This document shows positions 1 through 12,434 of a stretch of 64,000 nucleotides of DNA, in pieces. The DNA is from the human T2T-CHM13v2.0 reference genome, Homo sapiens: assembly GCF_009914755.1 (NCBI RefSeq), contig NC_060933.1, one strand, 5' to 3'. The notes below the pieces were generated by a model that saw nothing but the letters and a program-made list of their open reading frames with translations, ran no database searches and was not told where the DNA came from. How positions within the stretch are numbered: the first letter of the stretch is position 1; the number at the start of each line of letters is the position of its first letter. A program made the translations under genes and the position numbers.

Positions 1-329
1 CCAGTGGAGCACAGTGAGAGGAGGGCCGAGGTTGCATAAATCAACGTGTTCTCACAGCCCCCAGGATATCCATTATAGATGCCAGCTGGATGGCTGGAAG
101 ATAGAGAAAAATGAATATTGTATCCTGTGGCCTTTTGCCTCTAATGACCACTTTTCAACATTTTTGAAGGCATGATTAAATTTTGATAACTGGGGAAGTC
201 ACTCTGAGCAGGCTGAAATAGAGATAAATTGACGGAGGGTCTGACATCTCAGTGGAGAGCAGGCAACTAATTAGTGTGTGAAGCGCACTCTGAAAGAGAT
301 GTAAAAGGGAGGCAGGTTTAATCAGAGGA

Positions 330-680
330 GCTGCTGAGGTACAGGAATAGTCAGAGATAATTGCGGCCTAGGTAGAAATCACAGGCTCAATGAGCGGCTT
401 TTTCTGTCTGCTTGATTGGCAGCCGCTGACCTAGTGGCCGGCACCCTTGAACCCTTACAACAGCAACGGCCTTGTCAAAGCAATTTGCTTGCCGCTCTCC
501 GTGACCAGTTATTTCAGCGGCAGAGCTGGGACACCCCGCTGGAGAGGGCACTCCGCTCGCCTGGCTGGCAGGGAGCTGGGCGGAACAGCCTCGTTATTTC
601 TGATGACTTTACTTTTGAACCCAGTCGCCCTTTCTTGCTCCCCAACTCTCCATAGCCCACTCACACAGAGGCGTGCTCCC
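330..680. promoter_or_regulatory. CpG-retaining non-repeat block, candidate enhancer/promoter-like element
   Basis: Locally GC/CpG-rich against an AT-rich window; CCAAT box (ATTGG ~415), repeated CCGCT/AGCGG, TAATTA/GATAATTG upstream; no repeat recognised. Function is inferred. Confidence 0.4.
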
Positions 681-2129
681 GGGAGGGACAGCTTCTACAA
701 AGACACAGTGTCAGGGCAATTTGGTTGTTCATTTGAGGAGTGGGGATTTCGGGTCACGAGGTGATGTGCCTATGGGAATTAGGTGGAAGAGGAGGGCCAG
801 GCAGGGCAGAGGCCAAACCACAGGAGGATTGGCTGCTCCTGGCAATGGCTCTCTATAGTTGCCTGTGTTTCATGCCACAGGCAAGCCAGGCAAAGCTCGT
901 GTGGGTACCAGGGTTTTCCCTGATGTATGGGAGCTCAGAGGAGGCCAATTGGACCCTCTTTCTTCTCCCCATCCCAACATCTTTTCCTGACTGGCTAGAA
1001 GGAATGTGCCCTCAGGCTAGAGCACAAGTGCATTCATTCCATCTTGTTTGATTAACTATGTGGCATTTTGTTGATTGTAGAGAGTTTTTGGACTTAAAAT
1101 TGTGGTTAGGGAGATAAGCTTTTCTATCTCTAAAAGCTGCATTAGCAACTAACATATGACTTTTTCCCTTTATTGTATTGTTTTTGGGGAAAATAAGGCT
1201 AGATGGAAGGGAGAAAGATTGTAGAGAGATGGGTCAGAAGCAGCCAGGAGACTGGTGTATAGGGTTTGTTCTTTTAAAGAAGGTAAATTAGTGTTTCTGC
1301 TCCTCCACCTCTTCCTCCTTCTATACCTGGAGCTTACCTTCTCTTTTTAAACTTATCAGCCACCTGCACCTGGAATAATACCAAAACCTAGAATACCTGA
1401 TGTGTTTTATGTTTATAGCTATAACTTAAAGTTTAAGAGAAGCCTAAATGTAGCCATACTTTTTTTCTATTTGTTTTGTTTCTTTTTTTAATAATATGGC
1501 ATTTTCCCCCCATATAAGAATGAGGCCTTGTTACTCATAGGACTTAAGTACATGCTTTCAGTGCCCTGGTCCTTCCATGTTTGCTATGTGGCTTGGCCAA
1601 AGGAAGCTTCTGTGGCTTGTACCACATGTATACTACCTGCCTGGTGAAAATGGATATTGCCTCAAATTCTTGCCCATTTCCTTGAACACACCTACTTTCC
1701 ACTATAGAGTGTGTTCGATGTAGAGGATACACTGTTCTAACTTATGAGGCCTCCTTCCCAAACCCATTGTTCTCAGAGACTGGCTGCTCTAAGTGAAGAC
1801 TGGGAATATTCTCCAGTTGCCTGGCCTAAGAGTTCCTCGGGAAGCTGAAAGGTTAGGGACATAGGTACCTGTATCCAAAAGTGGCCCGGGCTTCAGACGG
1901 GCCTAATCCCTGGGAGATGGGCATCTGCTGTTTTCAACATTGTACTCCCCTTGAGTACAATAATAATAGCAAAACAATTTACTTTTCCTCCCTTCTCCGT
2001 ATCTCAGTTGGGATATGTCATGTTAAATGATAGAGAAAACAAAAACACGACAGTATCCAGATTGCAGACTTTCCCATCTTTGAGATTGATAATTACAATT
2101 ACGTCAAGATCAATAATAAATAAGGTAGT

Positions 2130-2830
2130 AAGAACCCTTAGGGGTGCTGCGGGAACAGAAGAAGGAATCTGAATTCTGCTTTGATAGCTGAGGAATGCTA
2201 TCATCCCTGCATCCCTGATGAATGAGGAGGTATTTACCAGATGAAGATGGGATGGAAGGGAATTCTTGGCAGAGGAAAGAGTATGTGCAAAGCCATGGAA
2301 GTGAGAGGGTACTCCTTTTTTAGTGAGCACCTGGACATGGCTCAGGCATCCTGAGGAGGAAGTAATTCCATCACTAGTGAGGAAGATGGCAGTTAGTCTA
2401 GAAGAGATCTTGCATGAGGTCCCGGACATGCCTGCATCCACTTTACCACCAAAACTTGTATCATAACTGGCATATGATAGTGGCTTAAGAAATGAATGTT
2501 TAGTGAATGAGTGGAAAAACAAAGGAATGAGGATACTAGACATTACTAGAAAATGTTATAAAGAGATTATATAAAAAAAGGAACGTAACTGTGGAGAATG
2601 GTCTAGATACTAATGGCAAGGAGACCAGGTGAAATAGACCAGGAAAAGGATGACAGGAAGGACTGAAGCAAAAATGTATCCTCAGGAATGCAAAAGAGCA
2701 CACAGACTCCAGAGACCACTCTGGGGTGAACCCATGTGCTCAGTTGGATGTGGAGGCTAAGTGGAGTGAGAGAGACTGAGCATGCATGAATGCATTGGGG
2801 GTGTGGCTTGGGTAAAGTAGAAATGGCATG
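2130..2830 (+). mobile_element. L2 LINE fragment(s), highly diverged
   Basis: Purine-rich L2-like motifs (ggcagaggaaagagtatgtgcaaagcc, gcaaggagaccaggtg); boundaries approximate. Confidence 0.5.
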
Positions 2831-3234
2831 GCATGTCTAGAGGGAAATTGTGACAGCTGAAATCAAATGTAAATGAGGCATCAAACAGTCCAGCCAGATA
2901 TTAGTACAGGAGAAACCTTGTGGGACTTATCAGAATTATCTCCCCTAAATACTCCACTGTGGACTTGTCGGTCTGTGTCCAGCTCAGCTGGCATCTCAAA
3001 CTTTATGGTTTGCTATGGAATTTTGATAAATATATAAAATTATTTTCCCCTCCCTCGGAGTTTTAATACCATTGCTATGATGTCTGTTCTGCCAGGGGAA
3101 AATGTTGAGTTGAATAGATTGTCTTTACATTATGGATTCTGTGAGGTGGGATATAATTGATCAAGAGTAATAAATGAATAGCATCATATCAAGCTGATAC
3201 CAAAGAAGATGGTACATATATTACAACATTAAAA

Positions 3235-3435
3235 AAATATTGCTTACCATGTACCAGGCATTTATCTAAATGCTTTACAAACATTAATTAATTAATTCCA
3301 GTATTCCCACGGGGAAGGTGTTATAATTAAGTATGTTTTGCTGATGTGGAAATTGAAGAACAGAGAGATTAGGTTACTTCTGTGAGATCATATAGCAGAT
3401 AACTACAGAAGCCCAGATTTGAACCCAGCATTCTC
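3235..3435 (-). mobile_element. MIR SINE
   Basis: MIR core in reverse: ...gatgtggaaattgaagaacagagagattaggttactt...cccagatttgaacccag. Confidence 0.6.
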
Positions 3436-3829
3436 ACCAAAGTCCCTGCTCCTCCTCACCCTGAGGGTTGGCTTCTCTTGTTAAACTCTGTCCTGGGTGG
3501 CTGACAGCCAATTCAGGAAATGAGAGGCCCAACCTGAAGGTGAACCATGTGCAAATGAATCATTTCACATATGCTAACAACATGTTTAATATTTTGCAAG
3601 TACAAAATAGTTGAGAGCCTCTGAACAGAACCTTCCATTTATCTTGTTCACAAGTCAAGAAGTCACTTAATCCCATCCTGCTACTCAGGCTCCAGGCATT
3701 AGATACTGGGGGCTGGAGTCTGAGGAGGGTATATCTGTGAAATTGAGGAGGAACCTCAAAAGTAGTTCAAGAACTCTTCAAGTTTGCCTGGTGGTTGTTG
3801 CCTCTGCCTGAAGACTTTGGAGACACCTA

Positions 3830-4040
3830 ATGGTGAAGCAAGAGAGATTCTGGAGTCAGACTGCTTGGGTTCAAACCTTGCCTATAGCACTTGCTAGCTA
3901 TGTGGCCTTGGGAAAGTTACAGCTTCTTTACCTCTTTGTGTCTCAGTTTCCTCAACTGTAAAATGGGCAAATAATGGTCCCTGCCTTAAGGGGTTTATGC
4001 AAGGCTTGAGTTAATTCACACTTATGATAAGCACTCAATA
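3830..4040 (+). mobile_element. MIR SINE
   Basis: ctggagtcagactgcttgggttcaaacc...tctcagtttcctcaactgtaaaatggg (MIR core). Confidence 0.75.
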
Positions 4041-4974
4041 TGAATCTGCTTGTATTGACAGTCTGCCAATAGCATCCCAGAAATCAATCTACCTTCCTCC
4101 CCAAAAATCACCTGATTCTCTCTCTGTCCACATCTATATAAATTGTTAATACAACAAAGATAAGTTATTTAGGGAGGGGGCCCATGACTTATTCCTCAAA
4201 TGAGACTCCATACATAAATAAAGTGGGGCATTCTGATGGAGACTTTTACCTGACCTACTCCTTTCCAAGTATGCTCATCGTGTCTATAATTAAAAAAAGA
4301 GAGAAAATGATTGGTATAGGAGACCTTTGTAAAATACCAGTATAGCTTTAATCTCCTGGTTTTCAAAAAATCTATAAGCAGTTTACTATTTAAAATACAT
4401 ACAGTATGTCTTCCAATGATCATAACTCCTTAAGTTAGTAATATTTTATTTATTTTGTTTCTCAGTTGTACTTCACATGCACAAAACTAGAGAAATCGTG
4501 ATCCTGGGCTCCTGACACACCGTAATTTTTAATCCATCCATAGGTGACTTCTCTTTTTACATTTTGTTGTTGTTAAAGCCGCATGCCTACAGTAAATTGC
4601 CCCAGTGATGTGCCTAAAACAGGGCAGAGGGAAATGTCTGGGCTTCAGTAGGACGCATTGTATCACTGGCATTGTTTGGAATTACAAAGACATGGTGATT
4701 AATAAAAAGAAGACTTGACTTTTGGCTGGTCTTATTACCTGGGTCCCATATTGCCTAGGTCTAGGCCCTGCCCTTGGTACACCACTAACGTGTACAAATC
4801 ATAAGTGTAGACTTGATTAACTTTATATATGTATACACTCTTAGAACCACCATACAGATCAAGGTGCAGAATGTTTCTAAACACCTCATAACGTTCCTTC
4901 ATGCCTTTCTCCATCAATACTCAGGAATAACCACTGTTCTGACTTCTGTCAACACACATTAGTCTCAAGTTTTC

Positions 4975-5293
4975 TTAAACTTTGTATAAATTGAATTATA
5001 TAGTACATACTCTTTTGAGCCAGGCTTTTTTTTTGCTTAACTTATGTGCATACAATTCACATTTTTTGTGAATTAAACTTTGTATACAATTAAATTGTGA
5101 ATTAAACTTTGTATAATTGTTTAATTAATATGTATAATTTGTATAATTGTTTATTATATAATCAAACTTTGTATAATTGTATACAAAGTTTAATTGTGAA
5201 TTAATGTTTGTATACAATTAAACTTTGTATAAATTGAATTATATAGTAAATACTCTTACGAGCCAGGCTTTTTCTTTGCTTAACTTATGTGCA
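4975..5293. repeat. 76-bp direct duplication (4975-5050, 5218-5293) flanking a 167-bp scrambled spacer
   Basis: Both copies read ttaaactttgtataaattgaattatatagta.atactctt..gagccaggcttttt.tttgcttaacttatgtgca; the spacer is built from pieces of the copy ends in both orientations. Confidence 0.9.
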
Positions 5294-5349
5294 CAATCCA
5301 AGTCATTGCATGGAGCGGGGGTGTGTTTTATTTTACTGCTGTGTGGTAA

Positions 5350-5828
<479 letters not shown>

Positions 5829-6429
5829 CATAGATACTGTCAAAATGTTTCCCCAAGTGGTTTTGTCCACGTGGCACACTTTTATTTAATTAATTAATTT
5901 TTAATAATGTAAAAAGTATCCACAAACCTACCACTAAATGAAATAAGGTTTCTCACTCCAACTTTACAAATGAAGAAACTGATTCCAGAGAGGTTTGGTG
6001 CAAGTATGTATTGCACAGTTAGAAAATGTCATAAATGAGAGGGAGACCTAGGTCTTTTGACTTCAAGGACAGTACTTTCTCTGTTATAGCTTCTTTATAT
6101 AATAACTAACTTTAAAATATTGTGTTATCTGTAAGCAGAAAAGGGACTTGTAAGGCATTCCCGGGGACAAAAATAAAGAGAACAAATCTCAAATTCTGGC
6201 CAGAAAAATGTGCATCTCCCATTTCAGCCAAGGAACTTGCTGGCAGAGAGCAAAATGTCTGTCGGACAGGGAGGCTGGCATGATTCCCAGCACAACCCAC
6301 CTGTACCTTGTTTGGCAACAGAGATTCAAGATTTTACGTGTCCACTGGGCCAATGCATGGCATCCCTTCACCGTTCTTCTGGTATTCATCACTAGAGGTT
6401 TTCCTTTATTAATAAAAGCTAACCTATAC

Positions 6430-6577
6430 CCTTGCTAAGCAAAGTGTGGTCTAGGGACCAGCAGCAAGACATCACTGGGGAATGCAAAATCTCAGGCCTC
6501 GCCCCAGACTTTCAAAATCTGCCTTTCAGCAAAATCTCCAGCTGATTCCTATGCTCATTATATTTTGAGAAGCGCTG
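6430..6577. mobile_element. MER5-type hAT-Charlie DNA transposon
   Basis: caaagtgtggtc...aatgcaaaatctcaggcc...gctgattcctatgc...tttgagaagcgctg matches the MER5A/B layout. Confidence 0.7.
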
Positions 6578-6796
6578 AGTTGTGCAGTTGTAGATTAAAG
6601 GTCATTTCCTCCTGCTTTAGAGTATTTGGGAAAATGATCTTTCATCTCTGAGTCTCAGTTTCCCAATCTGAAAAATGAGGTTAACAATATGTACTTTGCA
6701 AGGTTGTAATAAGGATTAAAATATACAATATAAATAAAACAACTACAGTGATTCTATATGAATGATTGCTGTCCAGCCAAGTGATAGCTGCTATCC

Positions 6797-7440
6797 GTTG
6801 GTGGGACTGTAAACTAGTTCAACCATTGTGGAAGTCAATGTGGCGATTCCTCAGGGATCTAGAACTAGAAATACCATTTGACCCAGCCATCCCATTACTG
6901 GGTATATACCCAAAGGACTATAAATCATGCTGCTATAAAGACACATGCACACGTATGTTTATTGCGGCACTATTCACAATAGCAAAGACTTGGAACCAAC
7001 CCAAATGTCCAACAATGATAGACTGGATTAAGAATATGTGGCACATATACACCATGGAATACTATGCAGCCATAAAAAATGATGAGTTCATGTCCTTTGT
7101 AGGGACATGGATGAAATTGGAAATCATCATTCTCAGTAAACTATCGCAAGAACAAAAAACCAAACACCGCATATTCTCACTCATAGGTGGGAATTGAACA
7201 ATGAGATCACATGGACACAGGAAGGGGAATATCACACTCTGGGGACTGTGGTGGGGTGGGGGGAGGTGGGAGGGATAGCATTGGGAGATATACCTAATGC
7301 TAGATGACGAGTTAGTGGGTGCAGAGCACCAGCATGGCACATATATACATATGTAACTAACCTGCACAATGTGCACATGTACCCTAGAACTTAAACTATA
7401 AAAAAAATATATTAGCTTAAAAATAAAAATAAAAAAAAAG
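6797..7440 (+). mobile_element. L1PA2-like 5'-truncated LINE-1 (ORF2 C-terminus, 3'UTR and A tail)
   Basis: ORF 6766-7197 ends ...[11 protein letters not shown] (ORF2p C-terminus); 3'UTR gctagatgacGAGttagtggg has GAG, not the L1HS ACA/ACG; A-rich tail; no clear TSD. Confidence 0.95.
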
Positions 7441-8199
7441 AAGTATTCTCAAGCAATGGGACAGTCTAATTTTATTCAGTGGCAAAATGCAAGCCATTAA
7501 CAATCCTAAACACTCTGCAAGTAGAACCCAGCCCTCCCATAACTGCACCAACACTGCAAGGAAATTGTTTGTAAATGTCAGGCCGGAGTTGGAGCTATGT
7601 CTGCAAGTTACCCAAGCATGAGGACCAAGTTCTAGGCCTGCCTCAGCTGATGTTCTTTGCTGACTGCTGCCTGCAAGCCATAGAACTTAGCTTAAAAAAT
7701 GGAGAGTTGAAGTCATGGACTATGAAGAGCAAAACACCTGCCAGGATAATAAGCAGGATTTACAGTAGAAGTTTGTTAAATCATAGGATGGAGACATCCA
7801 TGCAAGAGAAAGAAGGACAGATAATTGGGAGATGGGAGACGTGACATGTCAGAAATGCTATATGTATAAATATTACTCGTAAGTAAATTAAGTATTTTTT
7901 AAAACAGGCAAGGAAAGGTTTTCCCACCTGAGCTGTCCTGAAATATGAGATATCTCTGAAGTACAAGTTGGTATATTTTTCCCAGTTGAATAGGAAAAAT
8001 ATGTTTGATTGGACAAATGTCTTCAGCAATGATAATTACATGGGTACCTGAAACATTACCTGCCTGGTCATTTTCTGCAGGGTTAATATTAGCGTAATAC
8101 AAGTTTTATTTAATGACCTTTTCTCTCTTTTCCTGGTACTAGTTTTCCCTGTGTGATTTCTGACTTGGGTGTCAGATTGTAGAGGAAAGCAGTTGAGAA

Positions 8200-8800
8200 A
8201 GTATGGGTGATAAAAACAGCCCTAATCAATTTTTATAGGGCCAGTAGTGGTGATGACTTAATTGCTACCTTGGTGAAAAGGCTGTGATTCTTATGCTAAA
8301 TTATTTAAAAAATAGCTTTCAATGTAAATGTTCAGAACTTTGTCCAATCTCTCAGCATTTGAAATAGTACCAACACAATGCAAATGCAGCAATGCTTAAG
8401 AAGAGCAAGTTCACAGCTAATTTGAAATACAGGATTTCAACAGCTCAGTGGAGCTGGGCGCTGGAGAGGGTGGAGCAGGCAAAGGGAAATGCAGGCTATG
8501 TACATAATGAGGGCAATCAATCCAACTTGGTAGCCAGCAAGCAACTGTTGTGTTTAAAATGGAGTATTGTGCCTCCTGTCATGGTGACATATTCAATTAA
8601 GCGATATCCTATTATTATTTCTCACCCTGTGTGATTTAACAAAAACATTATTGAAACTAGAAGAAATCATTCTACACACAAGCAAAAGAAAATTCTTTGA
8701 TTGGAATTATAATGATGTCTTTCACAATCTCTGACAGGTAAATTATGAACAGTTGCAGTAAAACTTTGCTGTATAATATTAATTTGAAATAAGTTCAGAC
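8200..8800. promoter_or_regulatory. Candidate homeodomain (PBX/MEIS/HOX) enhancer-like block
   Basis: Repeat-free; caatcaatc (8514-8522), ctgtca (8576-8581), tgacag (8732-8737), taaattatg, caattaa. Motif-only evidence. Confidence 0.3.
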
Positions 8801-9598
8801 TGTCTCCAGGGCTTTTATTTTTATAAATAAGTGTTGAGCTATTGGGAGGGAGGGAAACTACTGCTTCTTCTGAAAGGTGATGACTTTAGCATTTATCTTG
8901 TAGGTAGTGATAAGTAATACAAAGTAGAGAATGTCAGATTAGGACATGGTGCTGCCTGGAGAAAGCCCTATATGAACAGCCTTTCTCAGAACTCTATCTC
9001 CCCTAAAGCTTTCAAGGTGGGGGTGGATGATTTTCACTTACTTAACTTACTCTGTACATCACTTTCCAAGCATGACATTTCCAACTGATAAGATTTTCTA
9101 ACCTATTAGTCAATAATTCAGCATAAAGTTAGAGCAGTTGCTTCAAATTATTACTGTACCAAACTTGGGAGATTTTGAATTTCACTTGCTGGGTAAAAAA
9201 AAATGCCCAATGATGCAAACTGCAATATCAAAAATTGCCCAGTAATGCAAACTTCAATATTAAAACTTGAAAACAGTCATTGGAAATATTTTGCAAGGGA
9301 AAAGATGGGCTCAAAGGCAATGTCTTGGAATGCATCATTTCTGTCGCTTGCTTTACAAAGCCAAGAAGCTCAGACTCTTCCCAGGAATTTCTTATCTACA
9401 GAGCACGCAAGGAAGGCATAAGTCTGGTGTCACTGTAGCTATTACTCATTGAAATGAGTCACTGAGCAAATTTAAAAAGAGGTTCTTTGGAATGTTAGCA
9501 ATGTTTTAATATGTTTAAACATTGAACAGAGTAGAGGATGGATGAAAAAATTCTATATCCAATAGAACAGTGAAAACATGCACTATTGTAAAATATGT

Positions 9599-9678
9599 AA
9601 CCCAGGAGGTAGAGGTTGCAATGAGCCGAGATTGCGGCATGGCGCTCCAGCCTGCGAGACAGAGCAAGACTCTGTCTC

Positions 9679-9727
<49 letters not shown>

Positions 9728-9731
9728 TATA
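9599..9731 (+). mobile_element. 5'-truncated Alu (3' part of right arm) with poly-A and (AT)n
   Basis: aacccaggaggtagaggttgcaatgagccgagattgc...gactctgtctc, then an A run and an AT microsatellite. Confidence 0.9.
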
Positions 9732-11039
9732 GTATCTAAAAACTCTAAATAGAGTCATATACTGATTAAAGATAAAAGAGCATTTGATGTTACATAATCC
9801 AGCCCTAAAGCTCTATAGCACCTCAACAATTTTATTGTTCAGTCTCTGCTTGAACACACAAAATAAAGGAAACTCATAGAAAGCCCACTCTATTTTGAAT
9901 ATATACCAATTTTTAGAAAATTTTATTGAACCAACCTCCTTTTCTCTATTGATTTACTTTATGGTCAGGGATCTCCCTCTACAGTCTCATGGAAACATTC
10001 TGATCCCTTTGCTACAGGACATAATTTTATAAATACATAAAAACTTCCATATTACCCTGAAGACTTTCTCTTTCTGCTTCAAGCTATTCATACAGTTATT
10101 TATTCATGCAGTCACTCATGCAGCCAGCCATTTAGTAACATTTACTTAGTGCATATGTATACAATGGCCATAAACTGTATTGGACACAAGAAATACAATA
10201 TTAAATAGAATACGTAAGAACATTAAAGTAAACTCACAATGATTTAGAATTTACCATATGTCAGGCATTGTTATTGGCATTTTATATGCAGTATGCCATA
10301 TAAGTCTCAATAATCTTATCAGTGAAGTACAATTATTCCACCCACTTTACATATGTAAAAACTGAAGATAGGAGAAAGTAAATTCTAATATCCATAGTCT
10401 AAACTGGGAGATAGACATATAAAAAATTATAATACAATTTAGTACATACTATATAATGGAGATAATTAAGGAAACATAGAAAAAGATGGCGGTACGTCTG
10501 ACTCCTGGTTTCAAGAGCAGAGAATTCTTTGAAGAATATACCCATGAAAAAAAAGTAGGACAGCCAGAGAGAGGAGCACGTAATATACAAAATAGATGAG
10601 CATGAAAACTTAAGGTAATGACACTAATGGAATAAAAGGTACAGGGAGAAATGGCTGGAGATGTCAGGAAATCATTAGGAAACCAGGGCTCAGAATATGG
10701 TAAGCTGCAAACACCAAAGAGGTTAGAAAGCAACCCTTGGAAAGTGACGGGAAAGTGATAACAAGAAGTTGATAATTAGATCCGCTTTTTAGGAAATTCT
10801 TTCTAGCAGCATTTTCAAAGTTGAAATGGAGGGGGCTAGACTGGAGACTTGGAAAACAATCATTCTGGGGGGATATGATACAAAGGAATACTCTTGAGTC
10901 CATCTACCACTGCTATTACCATAGGAGGAAATACCATCCTCCAGGTGTGCTCAAAGCAGCTTTGTGTCACAGACTATGGACTTTTGGGCCTATTTGTGTT
11001 TATCTTTAAAACTGTGCTTTTTAATGTCATGGGGCAAGG

Positions 11040-11620
11040 ACATGAGTATCCTAAATGAATGGCCTGCCTTTGTTGCTGGCCAGTATGGCTGGCCCACTTT
11101 GCTGCTTGGCAGCCATTAATGGATATTTTCTATTTCATGAGAGCCTTGCTTTGCTGGCTACCCCTTGTGTATTATCAACTGCCCGTTTATGTTTCTACCA
11201 ATTAAGCCCCAAAGATAACAGGAGCAAACTAATATGTGATTCAATAGAATCTTTGCAATATTTAAAAGGTCTAATATTAAGTGCCATATTGGGTTATTGA
11301 GCATTCAATTAAAAAGTCTCAAGTGTTTAATTTAGGATTTTCCATAGGACAGTTATTGTTTGTTAATTAGTTAATTAAATAACAAATGATTATTTAAAAC
11401 ATGCATTAGGATTAAGCAAGCTGTAAGAGAGATAAAGATATCTCCAAGGCAATTAGCTCACTGTAATTTTAATGATAAATGTGTAATTAGACTCTTATTC
11501 TAAAGAGATTGTTTGGAATGGTTTTCACAAACATTAAACAAGCATGTAACGTGATATTTACTTACACAACAAGCAAAATGTAGTTCTAATTCTTATTAAG
11601 CATCAGCCAGTGTATTCAAA
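11040..11620. promoter_or_regulatory. Candidate TAAT-dense enhancer-like block
   Basis: Repeat-free; palindrome ccattaatgg (11113-11122), ttaattagttaattaa (11363-11378), ggatta (11409-11414) and several caatta/taatta. Confidence 0.3.
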
Positions 11621-12199
11621 TGGTACCTAATTTGCTAAAAGCAAAAATTTTACAAGTATTGGTACTTACAAAAATATAATCCATTAAAAGCTTATATAAC
11701 TAACTTAATTATATTACAACTAGATGTATCCCCAAGCCTATTTATTTCACTTCCTAGAAACTTACCTGAGAATTTCCAGTGTGTCATAATTTAACAACCA
11801 GCATTTATACTTTTATGTATCCAATACTTGAGGGAGTTACTATTACATCACAAAATGAACCCCCCTTGCAAAGAATAAAATACATTTCCTCTTGGATATC
11901 TAGAACCTACCACAGTTCCTGGCACATGGAACTCTGTAAACGTCTACAAAATTTATTTGAATGAGCAGAAAACATCCAGAAATATCCAGACTTCCTGATT
12001 CTGCTCATTCGAATTCTGTTTCTCCCCATTCTATCACAAGCTCCTGGCTGCCGTCTCTAAAAATGCAGCTCTTCTATTATTCTCAGCAGCCAGCAGCCTA
12101 GTTGAATTGAGCTGGAGAAATCATGTCTCCAGAGGACTAGCATGGGTTTTGGGTGCCTTGGGAATTATAGTAATGATGATAATCATAAAAATACCGGAA

Positions 12200-12425
12200 A
12201 ACACTTATTAAGTGCTTCCTATTTGCCAAGCACTGAGAGAAGCTTTTTCCATTGATAACCACTGTTTATATTTTCAGCAACCTTGTAAGAGAGATCCTAC
12301 TATTATGTGTGTATTTCAAATGAGGACATTGAGGCTTACAGCAGGTATATAATTTTTCCCAGGTCATATCGTTGGTAAGTAATGGAACGAGGTTAGAATC
12401 CTAGGTATCCTGAAGTTAGAGCCCA
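12200..12425 (-). mobile_element. MIR SINE
   Basis: aacacttattaagtgcttcctatttgccaagcactg...caaatgaggacattgaggctta. Confidence 0.65.
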
Positions 12426-12434
12426 TTCTTGATT

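Noticed and set aside
428-553. Partial CTCF-like motifs (ggccactaggtcag reverse; gctggagagggcac)
   Set aside because: Each misses key core positions; too weak without ChIP data.
416-1051. Overlapping short ORFs in the GC-richer 5' region
   Set aside because: No recognisable domain, several use non-ATG starts, no consistent splice structure; expected by chance at higher GC.
2004-2543. 179-aa minus-strand ORF
   Set aside because: Antisense to purine-rich L2-like sequence, Ser/Phe/Leu-biased and with no homology I recognise.
5051-5217. Repeat-spacer look reminiscent of a CRISPR array
   Set aside because: Primate DNA, irregular unit lengths, mixed orientations, no unique spacers and no cas genes.
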